Positions 30,208 through 39,351 of a DNA stretch of 64,000 nt are shown here, piece by piece (the first letter of the stretch is position 1; every line of letters begins with the position of its first letter). Location: the NCBI GenBank assembly GCA_019661895.1, contig JAIFWO010000001.1, forward strand, positions 1,181 through 65,180, in the 5' to 3' direction. Under the pieces are notes generated by a model. That model was given only the letters and a program-made list of their open reading frames with translations, ran no database searches and was not told the DNA's origin. A program made the translations under genes and the position numbers. This stretch comes from Candidatus Parcubacteria bacterium. Lineage in GTDB: Bacteria; Patescibacteriota; Minisyncoccia; Phycocordibacterales; Zambryskibacteraceae.

Positions 30208-30651
30208 ATGCCGACAACACCCACTCACTCTCTTATCGACGCACTTCCCGAGAGAGACCAGCGCCGCTTCACCTTCATGCTTGAAGCGCTCTTCGACCTC
30301 TGGAAAAACAATCAATCGAGCATCGAGCGGCCCCTCTTCAGTCGGATGCTCAGAGAAGTCCTCAGGTATGTGCCGGCTGCCTACCGAACAGCTCTCGGCT
30401 CATTGGTCCACGAAAGTGATCCTTGCGACAAAGCCCTCGTCATCTTGCTTGAGGAAGCAACACGACTCGGATTCATCCGCTTCGACGCGGATCACGACAC
30501 TATTTATCTCAACAGCGAGATGATAGTGGGCCTCCGAACATTTCTCAATCAAGGAAAAAGGTTTTACCTCGACATTCTGGGTCCCATTCGGATAGGCATC
30601 AAATACTACCTGCGAGAGATTGCTCTTGAAAGCCGCCGCGACGATACTTAG
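30208..30651 (+). CDS. Hypothetical protein, possible winged helix
   Basis: AGGTG SD; LVILLEEATRLGFIRF...TIYL. Confidence 0.6.
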   Translation: MPTTPTHSLIDALPERDQRRFTFMLEALFDLWKNNQSSIERPLFSRMLREVLRYVPAAYRTALGSLVHESDPCDKALVILLEEATRLGFIRFDADHDTIYLNSEMIVGLRTFLNQGKRFYLDILGPIRIGIKYYLREIALESRRDDT

Positions 30652-30662
30652 TCGCGGTTTTT

Positions 30663-31190
30663 CTATGAATTAAACTGGGTCATGGCCGTCTGGAGACCCT
30701 CGGCAGAGAGAGTCTCGACCGCTTCGACGACTCTCTTCAAAACCTTTTTAAATATGAGCGCCTCTTTGGGAGAAAACTTTCCTAAGATATGGCGCTCCAC
30801 ATTCTTCTCGCCCAAAGGCTTTTTAATTTTGCCGCTAGGCGTCACAGGCGAAATGCCGATGCGAACACGGATAAAAGCCTCTGTCTTAAGCGCTCTGATG
30901 ATAGATTCGATGCCTTTGTGCCCGCCTGAGCCGCGATTGTAAGAAATCTTCATGGTTCCAAGCGGCAAATCGAGATCATCATAGATAATCACGAGCTTCT
31001 CGGCAGCCTTTTTGCTCTTTATTACCTTAGCCACGCCGCTTCCGGATTTATTCATGAAGGTGTCGAGAGAGATGAGCTTGATACCGTCGATTTCCTTCTT
31101 CGACAAAGCCTCGAGAGCCATGCGGCCTGTGTTATGGCGAGTCTCGGCGTAGGCCTCACCGGGGTTCCCGAGCCCAACGATTGTGTACAT
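30663..31190 (-). CDS. pth: Peptidyl-tRNA hydrolase
   Basis: IVGLGNPG..YAETRHNTG, FMNKSG, YDDLDL, GSGGHKG. Confidence 0.96.
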   Translation of the reverse strand: MYTIVGLGNPGEAYAETRHNTGRMALEALSKKEIDGIKLISLDTFMNKSGSGVAKVIKSKKAAEKLVIIYDDLDLPLGTMKISYNRGSGGHKGIESIIRALKTEAFIRVRIGISPVTPSGKIKKPLGEKNVERHILGKFSPKEALIFKKVLKRVVEAVETLSAEGLQTAMTQFNS

Positions 31191-31220
31191 TCGATAAGTA
31201 TAATACAATCTAGCGAAATT

Positions 31221-31784
31221 ATGGATCCAATGGAAAATTCTTCGAAGACTTCGACCTCGTTTTGGAAAGAATTGCTAAAGCTCGTCGCCATCGCGGCCAT
31301 TGTGGTCATCCCCTTCCGTCTCTACATCGCTCAACCCTTCATCGTCGACGGCGCCTCCATGGACCCGACCTTCGAGACAGGCCAGTATCTCATTGTCGAC
31401 GAGGTTACCTACCGCTTCCACCCTCCAGTACGAGGCTCGGTCCTCATCTTCAAGTACCCCAAGGACCCTTCGAAGTATTTCATTAAGCGCCTGATCGGCT
31501 TACCAGGTGAGACTGTCACCATAGAGAACGGCGTCGTGACGATCGTCGAACCGAATAAAGAAACGCTCACCCTCGACGAGCCGTACGTGAAGCTGGCTAA
31601 GTCCGAGACCTCTACCTATCGCGAGCTTGGACCCGACGAATACTTCGTCATGGGAGACAACCGCGCGGGTAGCGCCGACAGCCGCTTCTGGGGACCGGTG
31701 CCAAAGAAAAATATTATCGGCCGACCGATCCTGCGCGTGTGGCCCTTCAGCCTATTGCCTGGCAACATCAATGAATCCCATTAG
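31221..31784 (+). CDS. lepB: Signal peptidase I
   Basis: TM helix, GASMDPT catalytic Ser, FIKRLIGLPG catalytic Lys, MGDNR..SADSR. Confidence 0.96.
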   Translation: MDPMENSSKTSTSFWKELLKLVAIAAIVVIPFRLYIAQPFIVDGASMDPTFETGQYLIVDEVTYRFHPPVRGSVLIFKYPKDPSKYFIKRLIGLPGETVTIENGVVTIVEPNKETLTLDEPYVKLAKSETSTYRELGPDEYFVMGDNRAGSADSRFWGPVPKKNIIGRPILRVWPFSLLPGNINESH

Positions 31785-31855
31785 AAAGCACAACAAAACA
31801 AGTTTCCAAGATAAATATTTGTATATGAGCGTTATTAGCAGTACTTTCTAACGGG
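31777..31855. mobile_element. Miniature inverted-repeat element, copy 2
   Basis: ATGAAT-CCCATTAGAAA ... TTTCTAACGGG-ATGAAT. Confidence 0.72.
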
Positions 31856-33028
31856 ATGAATCCAACTAAATCTTCAACCGCCATAAAAGAGAGCGAGGCC
31901 TCGACCCGCGCATTTGTTATCGGCATGAAGAAAGTGGAGATAGACCGCGCCCTCTACATCGCGGCCCACTTCGGCTTCACCCCTATCGAGGCACCGAAGG
32001 TAACGGAGAGTGACGCCAAGATGGTGGAAGACTGCGCGGAAGTAATCGAGAGAGTGCCAGGCCGCTTCGTCTGCGACCCCACAGAGAAGGCCGCCTTCTT
32101 GCGCACGTATATAGAGAAGGGCTTGGTCTCGCACCCGCACCCTATGGCTCTCGCCTGGCACAAGGGACATAACTATTCTCTGGAGCTTATCGGCTTCCCC
32201 TTCGGCGTGGCCGAGGCCAAGCTCATCCGTACCGCGCTCTCGATCTTAAACGAGGAAGGCTTCAAGAATTTGGTGGTCGAGCTCAATACCATCGGTGACA
32301 AGGAGTCCATTACCGCTTACGAGCACGAGCTTCATAACTTCGTGCGTAAAGTTCATCACACCCTCTCAGCTGAGGCCAAGAAACTTGTTAAAGATAATAT
32401 CTTCTCAGTCGCGGCCATGCCCGAGGTCGACATCCCGCTCCCCTCCTCGATCTCCACTCTCAGCATTCAGAGCCGAGCGCAGTTCAAGGAGGTGCTCTCG
32501 TATTTGGACGCGCTTGGGGTCGACTTCCGCTTCGCGCCGGGACTTGTGGGCAACAAGCACTTCTGCTCTGAGACTTTGTTTACCATTAGAGACGCGGACA
32601 ACACGCTCCTGGCCGGAGGATATCGTTACTCGCGCCTCTCCAAACGCTTCGGATTCAAAAAGGAGTTACAACTCGTCGGAGCCACCGTCTATTGCGATCT
32701 TAAAAAGGATTCGGCCAAGAAGGTGTACAAGGATCTGCCCAGACCCAAGTTCTACTTAGTCCAACTCGGGCGCGAGGCCAAGATGAGAGCCTTGCCGCTG
32801 ATCGAGCTCCTTCGCACGCACCATATTCCTATCTACCACTTCTTAGGCAAGGACAAGATCACCGCTCAGATGCAGACCGCGGACAATCTCCGGGTGCCGT
32901 ATATCTTGATCATCGGACAAAAGGAGGCTCTGGAAAATACTGTCACCATCCGTAACACCTCCACCCGCGCCCAAGACACCATTCCTTTGAAAGACTTGCC
33001 CTTCTACCTCAAGAACCTGCCGTTTTAG
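31856..33028 (+). CDS. Degenerate histidyl-tRNA synthetase paralog with HGTP anticodon-binding domain
   Basis: FGFTPIEAP, GFKNLVVELNTIG, AGGYRY, C-terminal QMQTADNLRVPYILIIGQKE; class II motif 2 is not recognisable. Confidence 0.75.
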   Translation: MNPTKSSTAIKESEASTRAFVIGMKKVEIDRALYIAAHFGFTPIEAPKVTESDAKMVEDCAEVIERVPGRFVCDPTEKAAFLRTYIEKGLVSHPHPMALAWHKGHNYSLELIGFPFGVAEAKLIRTALSILNEEGFKNLVVELNTIGDKESITAYEHELHNFVRKVHHTLSAEAKKLVKDNIFSVAAMPEVDIPLPSSISTLSIQSRAQFKEVLSYLDALGVDFRFAPGLVGNKHFCSETLFTIRDADNTLLAGGYRYSRLSKRFGFKKELQLVGATVYCDLKKDSAKKVYKDLPRPKFYLVQLGREAKMRALPLIELLRTHHIPIYHFLGKDKITAQMQTADNLRVPYILIIGQKEALENTVTIRNTSTRAQDTIPLKDLPFYLKNLPF

Positions 33029-33057
33029 TTGACATTTATACCGAAGGGTGATATAAT
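33029..33057 (+). promoter_or_regulatory. Consensus sigma70 promoter
   Basis: TTGACA-17 nt-TATAAT with extended -10 TG. Confidence 0.8.
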
Positions 33058-33092
33058 GCTCACAGAGCAGCCAAACCCCAACCGGACGGCAA

Positions 33093-33392
33093 ATGAGAAC
33101 CCTCGTCGAGCTTGAAGTCCCAGCTCAGGATGCAAAGTGCAGCAGTAAGTATTACCTCAAGGAGTGCCCGCACTTCCCCCTCACTCTTGCGCAGCCGCAG
33201 GGGTTGTGGATGCCCAAGGGAACAGGCACCCTTGGATCCTTCGTCTTCAAATCCATTTTTGGAAATGAAGAAGACAACGCCCTCGTGGTCTGCTTCAGAC
33301 TCAACGGATATCCACCCGATGAAGAAATTGCAAGGAACCTTGGGGATGAGCTCACGAAAGTAGGCTGGGTTGAGGGTCAATACGAATTCTAG
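33093..33392 (+). CDS. Hypothetical protein
   Basis: 99-aa ORF downstream of a consensus promoter, followed by a hairpin at ~33409-33440. Confidence 0.6.
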   Translation: MRTLVELEVPAQDAKCSSKYYLKECPHFPLTLAQPQGLWMPKGTGTLGSFVFKSIFGNEEDNALVVCFRLNGYPPDEEIARNLGDELTKVGWVEGQYEF

Positions 33393-33488
33393 TACTTGAC
33401 CACCTATCAGCCGGATGAACGCATTGCGTTCATCCGGCTTTTCCATACTTGCCTCTACTGTATAGATGTGCTAAAGTACGCGGACCTC

Positions 33489-33740
33489 ATGATAAATATT
33501 GAAGTCGTAAAAGGTAATAACGAAAACAATCTAAGCGTCCTCAGGCGCTTCCAGAAGCGCGTCCAGGGAGCCGGCATTCTGACCAAAGTCCGCTCACGCC
33601 GCTACAGCGAGCGCATCAAAAGCGAGAATGTCAAACGCGCGAAGACCCTCTCCTACCTCAAGAAGAAGGAGAATATAAACGAGCTCTTGAAGCTCGGCAA
33701 AATGAATGAACTCCAGAAATTTGGCAAGAAAAGACGATAA
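33489..33740 (+). CDS. rpsU: 30S ribosomal protein S21
   Basis: ENNLSVLRRFQKRVQGAGIL..VRSRRY..KS. Confidence 0.85.
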   Translation: MINIEVVKGNNENNLSVLRRFQKRVQGAGILTKVRSRRYSERIKSENVKRAKTLSYLKKKENINELLKLGKMNELQKFGKKRR

Positions 33741-34155
33741 GATCGAGGACTTCTCCATCCAAAACTTGACTAAAGCGAAAGGCACACCCGAAGGTGCGCC
33801 TTTCAAAGCTACTAAACGCAAAGTCTTAGGCGACTCTTACAGACTCTCATTAGTCCTCTGCGGTGACGCCCTCTCGCGCCGACTCAACCGCGCGTACCGC
33901 AAGAAAGATAAGCCGACCAATGTCCTCGCCTTCCCTCTCTCAAAAGATTCTGGAGAAATTTTCATAAATCTGAAGAAAGTTAAACCCTTTAGCGTCGAAT
34001 TCCTCTTTATCCACGGGCTCCTTCATTTGAAAGGAATGGAACACGGCGCTACAATGGAGAGAAGAGAACAAGAACTCTTGAAAAAATTTTATGGCCCGCC
34101 ACATCGCAGCCGGAATCGACATCGGAACGTACCAAGTAAAGGCGGTCATCGCTGA
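33706..34155 (+). CDS. ybeY: rRNA maturation endoribonuclease YbeY (start uncertain)
   Basis: LNRAYRKKDKPTNVLAF, GEIFI, HGLLHLKGMEH. Confidence 0.92.
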   Translation: MNSRNLARKDDKIEDFSIQNLTKAKGTPEGAPFKATKRKVLGDSYRLSLVLCGDALSRRLNRAYRKKDKPTNVLAFPLSKDSGEIFINLKKVKPFSVEFLFIHGLLHLKGMEHGATMERREQELLKKFYGPPHRSRNRHRNVPSKGGHR

Positions 34156-35296
34156 GGAACTTGTGCTTGAGAGCGGACGCGTCATGCCGAAGATCATTGG
34201 CACGGGCACGAGCGAGTCGAAGGGTCTCCACCAAGGCTACATTACGAACCAAAGCGAGGTGACCAGAAGCGTGCGCGCCGCGGTGGCCGCCGCCGAGAAG
34301 GCCGCCGGGGTCGAGGTCAAGCGCGCCTTCGTCTCGGTGGGAGGCATAGGGCTCTCGGGCGTGGCTACCACGGGCTCTACGGCTATCTCTCGAGCCGACC
34401 TTGAGATTACACCTCTCGATATCGAGAAGGCTTCCGAATCGGCCGAGGCGGCTATCCCCCACGCTCTCTCTTTGAACAGAAAGATCATCAACACCATTCC
34501 TCTGGAATGGAAGCTCGATGGCAAGACGGCCCTTGGTAGGATCGAGGGTTCGAGAGCCTCGAAGATCGAGGTCAAAACTCTTTTCATAACTTGTCTGGAA
34601 CATCACTTGGAAGACCTCATCGGTTCCGTCGAGGAAGCTGGCATCGAAGTGGTCGACGTGGTAGCCGCGCCTATTGCCGCCTCGTTCGTCACTCTCTCTA
34701 AAAAGCAGAAGAAGGCCGGCTGCGTATTGGCCAATATCGGCGCGGAGACGCTCTCGATCGTAGTCTTCGAGAATTCTAATCCCATTTCCTTAGAAGTCTT
34801 TGAGATCGGCTCGATGGACATAACCAACGACATCGCTCTTGGCTTGAAGATCCCTCTCGAGGAGGCCGAGTCGATCAAACTTGGGAGCGTGACCCGCACC
34901 ACCTACCCGAAGAAGAAGTACGAAGACATCGTGGCCGCCCGACTCTCTGACATGTTCGAACTGGTGGAAGGGCATTTGAAGAAGATCGGCCGCAACGCTC
35001 TCTTGCCGGCGGGCATCATCATTACCGGCGGCGGAGCGGGCATCATGGGAGTGAGAGACGCCGCCGAGACGGCCCTCAAACTTCCCTCGAAGATCGCTGA
35101 GATCCACTTCGGAGATGTGGAGAAGCATGGGAGCAAGGACTCCATCTGGTCGATAGCCTTCGGCCTAGCCATTGTCGGCTTCAATTCTGAGAACGAGCAA
35201 GGCTCGGTCGGCCTCAAACCCGTGGCCAAACTGGCCGCCTCCGGCAAGCGCGGCATGCGCACCCTCTCTGAGTGGTTCTCCAAATTCCTACCATAA
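34091..35296 (+). CDS. ftsA: Cell division protein FtsA
   Basis: GIDIGTYQVKAVI, NIGAETLS, ITNDIA, IITGGGA, amphipathic C-terminus WFSKFLP. Confidence 0.96.
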   Translation: MARHIAAGIDIGTYQVKAVIAEELVLESGRVMPKIIGTGTSESKGLHQGYITNQSEVTRSVRAAVAAAEKAAGVEVKRAFVSVGGIGLSGVATTGSTAISRADLEITPLDIEKASESAEAAIPHALSLNRKIINTIPLEWKLDGKTALGRIEGSRASKIEVKTLFITCLEHHLEDLIGSVEEAGIEVVDVVAAPIAASFVTLSKKQKKAGCVLANIGAETLSIVVFENSNPISLEVFEIGSMDITNDIALGLKIPLEEAESIKLGSVTRTTYPKKKYEDIVAARLSDMFELVEGHLKKIGRNALLPAGIIITGGGAGIMGVRDAAETALKLPSKIAEIHFGDVEKHGSKDSIWSIAFGLAIVGFNSENEQGSVGLKPVAKLAASGKRGMRTLSEWFSKFLP

Positions 35297-35352
35297 TTTT
35301 CTATATCTGCTAGTATCTCTGAGGACACTTTGACCTTTCACAAGGAGATGCA

Positions 35353-36399
35353 ATGCTCTCAGAATGTATTCATGACGAGACAACCGCCGAAGCTAACCAA
35401 CACATCGGGTGCTTATCCCACCTCCGCACCGATAAGGGACGCAGGATCCGTGATCACAGTCCCGAAGAACCGATCCTCATTCCAAATGATTTTATTTCGG
35501 ACCGGTCAAGAATCACCTCGTCGAAAGCGTATAGACTGATGGCCCTCAAGACACAGGTGCTCACCGAGCCTGGTAACCCGTTCATTCGGACACGGCTCGC
35601 TCATGTGCTCGAAGTTGATGCGATCTCGAACATCTTGGCAAATGCGCTCGGGCTCAACGACCACTTGGTATCGGCTATTGCGCATGGTCACGATATTGGT
35701 CATGTACCGCTTGGCCACCCAGGAGAACACTTTCTCGCCAAACATATAGGGCGCAAGGAGTTCTGCCATGAGATACTTGGACCCCTGGTTGCTCAAAAGA
35801 TTGAGCGCAAGGGACAAGGTCTAAACCTCACCTGGGAGACACTCGACGGCATGATGCGTCATAGTGGCAATACCGCCCGTCCAGAGATGACGCAAGAGGC
35901 TTGGGTGGTACGCTATGGGGATAAGTTCGCATACATATTCGCAGATTACAGTGACTTGTCGAAGCGCATGAAATGCCCAATCCCAGCAGAGCTCACCGAA
36001 CTCATGAACAAGTTCGGAATCTCGCAGCGGAGTCGCACTAGCTTGGCCATGGCCGGGCTAATCGTGGAATCTGCTGAGATGAAACGTGTGAGTTTCGAAC
36101 ACTCGGAACTCGCCAAGAATTTCGCTCGGCTACGGGAGCTCATGATGGGCGTATATGTCCATGTCACGGAACAAAGCCTTGGCGGCATTATTGAGCCAGT
36201 GCTCAAATTTCTCGAAACCCTCAACCTCGGTGATCCATATCTGCTATTCGCCCTGATGACAGACAAAGACGTGATATATCTGGCGAATAAATCGAACAGA
36301 AACTTCACACATCTGCAGGATACAGCTCTCGCCGAACGGCTTCCCTATCTTGAATCAATAGGGAAACTCGATCTCTGTAATCCCTACCTCGATTGGTGA
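35353..36399 (+). CDS. HD-domain dGTP triphosphohydrolase (dGTPase)-like protein
   Basis: DRSRI..SKAYRL..KTQV, RTRLAHVLEV, HDIGHVPLGHPGE, GLNLTWETLDG, DKFAY. Confidence 0.88.
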   Translation: MLSECIHDETTAEANQHIGCLSHLRTDKGRRIRDHSPEEPILIPNDFISDRSRITSSKAYRLMALKTQVLTEPGNPFIRTRLAHVLEVDAISNILANALGLNDHLVSAIAHGHDIGHVPLGHPGEHFLAKHIGRKEFCHEILGPLVAQKIERKGQGLNLTWETLDGMMRHSGNTARPEMTQEAWVVRYGDKFAYIFADYSDLSKRMKCPIPAELTELMNKFGISQRSRTSLAMAGLIVESAEMKRVSFEHSELAKNFARLRELMMGVYVHVTEQSLGGIIEPVLKFLETLNLGDPYLLFALMTDKDVIYLANKSNRNFTHLQDTALAERLPYLESIGKLDLCNPYLDW

Positions 36400-36402
36400 T
36401 TT

Positions 36403-36951
36403 ATGACTAATCAACTTATCGAGATCGAGCGCAAGTTCCGGCTGGATAATTTCCATCCGAGCATGATTCCGGCCGATGCAATCCTCACTGAATTGGTACA
36501 AGATTACCTGCTCAGTCCGCCTGGATCGGAGAGGCGTGTACGAGCGATCCAAAGTACCACTGGTATCTGGAAACACATCTACAATGAGAAGGGTCAGACC
36601 GGGGATGTTCGCATACGCACCGAACTGAAACGTGAGTTGAGCGAGGAGGAGTACCGCTCACTTCTAGAAGAAGTGGACCCGCAGCGAGCTACGATTCGTA
36701 AACTTCGGCACACCTTTCCTCACGCTGGTCAGACTCTCGAGCTCGACAAGTATCACGCTATACCAGCTCTTTACATCGTTGAGCACGAGATGGAGCATGT
36801 CGGCGTCGAAGTCGTCAAGCCAGATGGCTGGCAATGGACCGAGGTCACCAACGATCGCGATTATGGTAATTATGCTATTGCTCGGCTCCTCAAGATTGGT
36901 CAAGCGACGAGGCTCGTTAAGACTCCAGCACTTTCTTCCCCACAAGCCTAG
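36403..36951 (+). CDS. CYTH (triphosphate tunnel metalloenzyme) domain protein
   Basis: EIERKF, QDYL, RVR, IRKLR, ELD, VEHE, EVTNDRDYGN. Confidence 0.88.
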   Translation: MTNQLIEIERKFRLDNFHPSMIPADAILTELVQDYLLSPPGSERRVRAIQSTTGIWKHIYNEKGQTGDVRIRTELKRELSEEEYRSLLEEVDPQRATIRKLRHTFPHAGQTLELDKYHAIPALYIVEHEMEHVGVEVVKPDGWQWTEVTNDRDYGNYAIARLLKIGQATRLVKTPALSSPQA

Positions 36952-37066
36952 CTTGTGGGGTTTTTCTTAATTTCAGCTGTTTTTAAACGAAACAAATTGG
37001 CGTAATGTCAACTGTTTCCTTTTACCTCAAGTTTCTGTACTATATTGCCATCGTAACTATACAGAC

Positions 37067-38296
37067 ATGCCACAAGTCAAACCAGAAGTAGAAGCCTTTG
37101 CCCGCATCAAGGTCGTCGGCGTTGGCGGATCCGGGAAGAATGCGGTCAACCACATGATCAATTCGAAGGTCCGCGGCGTTGATTTCATCGCGGTCAATAC
37201 CGATGCGCAAGACCTTCATAACTCCATGGCCAAGAAGAAGGTCCATATCGGCAAGAACCTGACTCGCGGTCTCGGCGCAGGCATGAATCCCGAACTCGGC
37301 AAACGCGCGGTAGAAGAAACGAAGGAAGAGATCCAAGAAGCGATCAAGGGTGCGGACATGATCTTCATAGCGAGCGGCATGGGCGGCGGGACTGGCTCAG
37401 GCGCCGCGCCTATCATTGCTCGCACCGCTAAGGAAGCGGGAGTACTGACCGTAGCCGTCGTGACCAAGCCCTTCTTCTTCGAGGGCCAGCAACGCATGAG
37501 GATTGCCGAGAATGCCATAGAGGAATTGAAGCAGGCTGTTGACGCTATCATCGTCATCCCCAACGATCGCCTGCTCGCCACCATCGAGAAGGATACCAGC
37601 GCCAAGAACGCCTTCGCTATCTGTGACAATATTTTGAAGGAGGCGGTCGAGGGTATCTCGGACCTCATCACTATGCCAGGCATTATCAATATCGACTTCG
37701 CGGACATCCGCGCGGTCATGGAGAACGCCGGAGCAGCCCTGATGGGCATTGGCACTGGCAGCGGCGAGAAGCGCGCCGAGGATGCCGCCCGTGCCGCCAT
37801 CTCAAGTCCCCTTTTGGAAATTTCTATCAACGGCGCCAAGGGTGTGCTCTTCTCCATTGCTGGAGGCGACGACCTCACCATGTTTGAGATCCAGGATGCC
37901 GCCAAGGTCATCACCGAGAGCGTAGACCCGAACGCCAAGATCATCTTCGGTACTGTACGAGATGAGAAACTCAAAAAAGGCGAGGTCAAGATCACCGTGA
38001 TCGCCTCCTCCTTCCCAGAAAATCTCCAACGCCGCGCCACCTCGCTCTTCGGTGCTGGAGCACCGCCAAGCGCTCACAAGGAGCTCGCTGAGGAAGTCAA
38101 CCGCGGTAAGATCTTCAACACCTTCTCGCCCAAAAATGATAAGCAGAATGACAGACAGGAAGAGAAGCGCGACATACCTCCGCCTCAGAAGAAGCCGGAC
38201 ATCGTCCCTCCATCCCCCGCCACTCCTGTTATTGAAGACCCAGACGACGACTGGGGCGCCGTCCCAGCCTTCCTAAGGCGTTCGAAACTTAAATAA
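37067..38296 (+). CDS. ftsZ: Cell division protein FtsZ
   Basis: IKVVGVGG, GMGGGTGSG tubulin signature, NIDFAD, C-terminal VPAFLRR. Confidence 0.98.
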   Translation: MPQVKPEVEAFARIKVVGVGGSGKNAVNHMINSKVRGVDFIAVNTDAQDLHNSMAKKKVHIGKNLTRGLGAGMNPELGKRAVEETKEEIQEAIKGADMIFIASGMGGGTGSGAAPIIARTAKEAGVLTVAVVTKPFFFEGQQRMRIAENAIEELKQAVDAIIVIPNDRLLATIEKDTSAKNAFAICDNILKEAVEGISDLITMPGIINIDFADIRAVMENAGAALMGIGTGSGEKRAEDAARAAISSPLLEISINGAKGVLFSIAGGDDLTMFEIQDAAKVITESVDPNAKIIFGTVRDEKLKKGEVKITVIASSFPENLQRRATSLFGAGAPPSAHKELAEEVNRGKIFNTFSPKNDKQNDRQEEKRDIPPPQKKPDIVPPSPATPVIEDPDDDWGAVPAFLRRSKLK

Positions 38297-38390
38297 GAAA
38301 AACCGCCCTTCGAGAATCTCGGGGCGGTTTTTGTATCGGTTTTTGTATCTTGGCACTTTTCTGATACTCTTATAGCACTAAGAAAAAATT

Positions 38391-39308
38391 ATGTACGACT
38401 TGATCATTATTGGTGGCGGACCGGCGGGGGTCAGTGCGGGCGTATACGCGGCGAGGAAGATGCTTAAGACCTTGCTTATCACGGAATCCTTCGGCGGACA
38501 GTCGACGGACTCGATGGGCATCCAAAACTGGATCGGCACCGTTGAGATCGCCGGACCAGACCTCGGCAAAAGCTTGGAGGCACATTTGCGCGCGTATGCG
38601 GATGGTGTTGTTGATATTAAGACCAATACCCGCGTGTCGAAAATTTCAAAGACTGACAGCAGCTTTGCCGTAGAAGCCGATGGGCAGTCTTATACTACAA
38701 AGACCGTGCTTATTGCGACAGGCTCCTCCCGCCGGAAGCTCGAGGTACCAGGGGCTAAAGAATATGAGAACAAGGGGGTGACGTACTGCGCCTCGTGCGA
38801 TGGTCCCCTCTTCTCTGGCCAAGACGTAGCGGTTGTGGGAGGCGGCAATGCCGGCTTCGAGAGCGCGGCCCAACTCCTGGCGTACTGTAAGTCGGTCACT
38901 CTCTTAAATAGAGGTGAGCACTTCAAGGCCGATGAGATGACGGTGGCCAAAGTCCTTGCCAATCCTAAGATGAAGGCTATCAAAAACGTGGTGCCCAAAG
39001 AGATCAAAGGCGAGAAGTTCGTCAAAGCCCTTGTCTACGAAGACGTCAATACGCATGAGGTCAGTGAGATCGCGGTAAATGGGATATTTGTCGAGATCGG
39101 GCTTATCCCTGCCACGGGCTTGGTGGAGGGTTTGGTACCGCTTAATGAGTACAAGCAAATTATCATTGATCACAAGACTCAACGCACGCAAGTGGAAGGC
39201 ATTTGGGCAGCTGGCGACTCGACCGATGCTCTCTATCATCAAAACAACATCGCCTCTGGCGATGCGGTCAAAGCTCTCGAAGATATCTATCTATATATCC
39301 ACGCATAA
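38391..39308 (+). CDS. trxB: Thioredoxin reductase-like FAD oxidoreductase
   Basis: IGGGPAG, CASCDG, VGGGNAG, WAAGD. Confidence 0.88.
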   Translation: MYDLIIIGGGPAGVSAGVYAARKMLKTLLITESFGGQSTDSMGIQNWIGTVEIAGPDLGKSLEAHLRAYADGVVDIKTNTRVSKISKTDSSFAVEADGQSYTTKTVLIATGSSRRKLEVPGAKEYENKGVTYCASCDGPLFSGQDVAVVGGGNAGFESAAQLLAYCKSVTLLNRGEHFKADEMTVAKVLANPKMKAIKNVVPKEIKGEKFVKALVYEDVNTHEVSEIAVNGIFVEIGLIPATGLVEGLVPLNEYKQIIIDHKTQRTQVEGIWAAGDSTDALYHQNNIASGDAVKALEDIYLYIHA

Positions 39309-39351
39309 GAAAAACCCACCAGGCTTGTGGCCAAGTGGGCATGGAGCTTAA

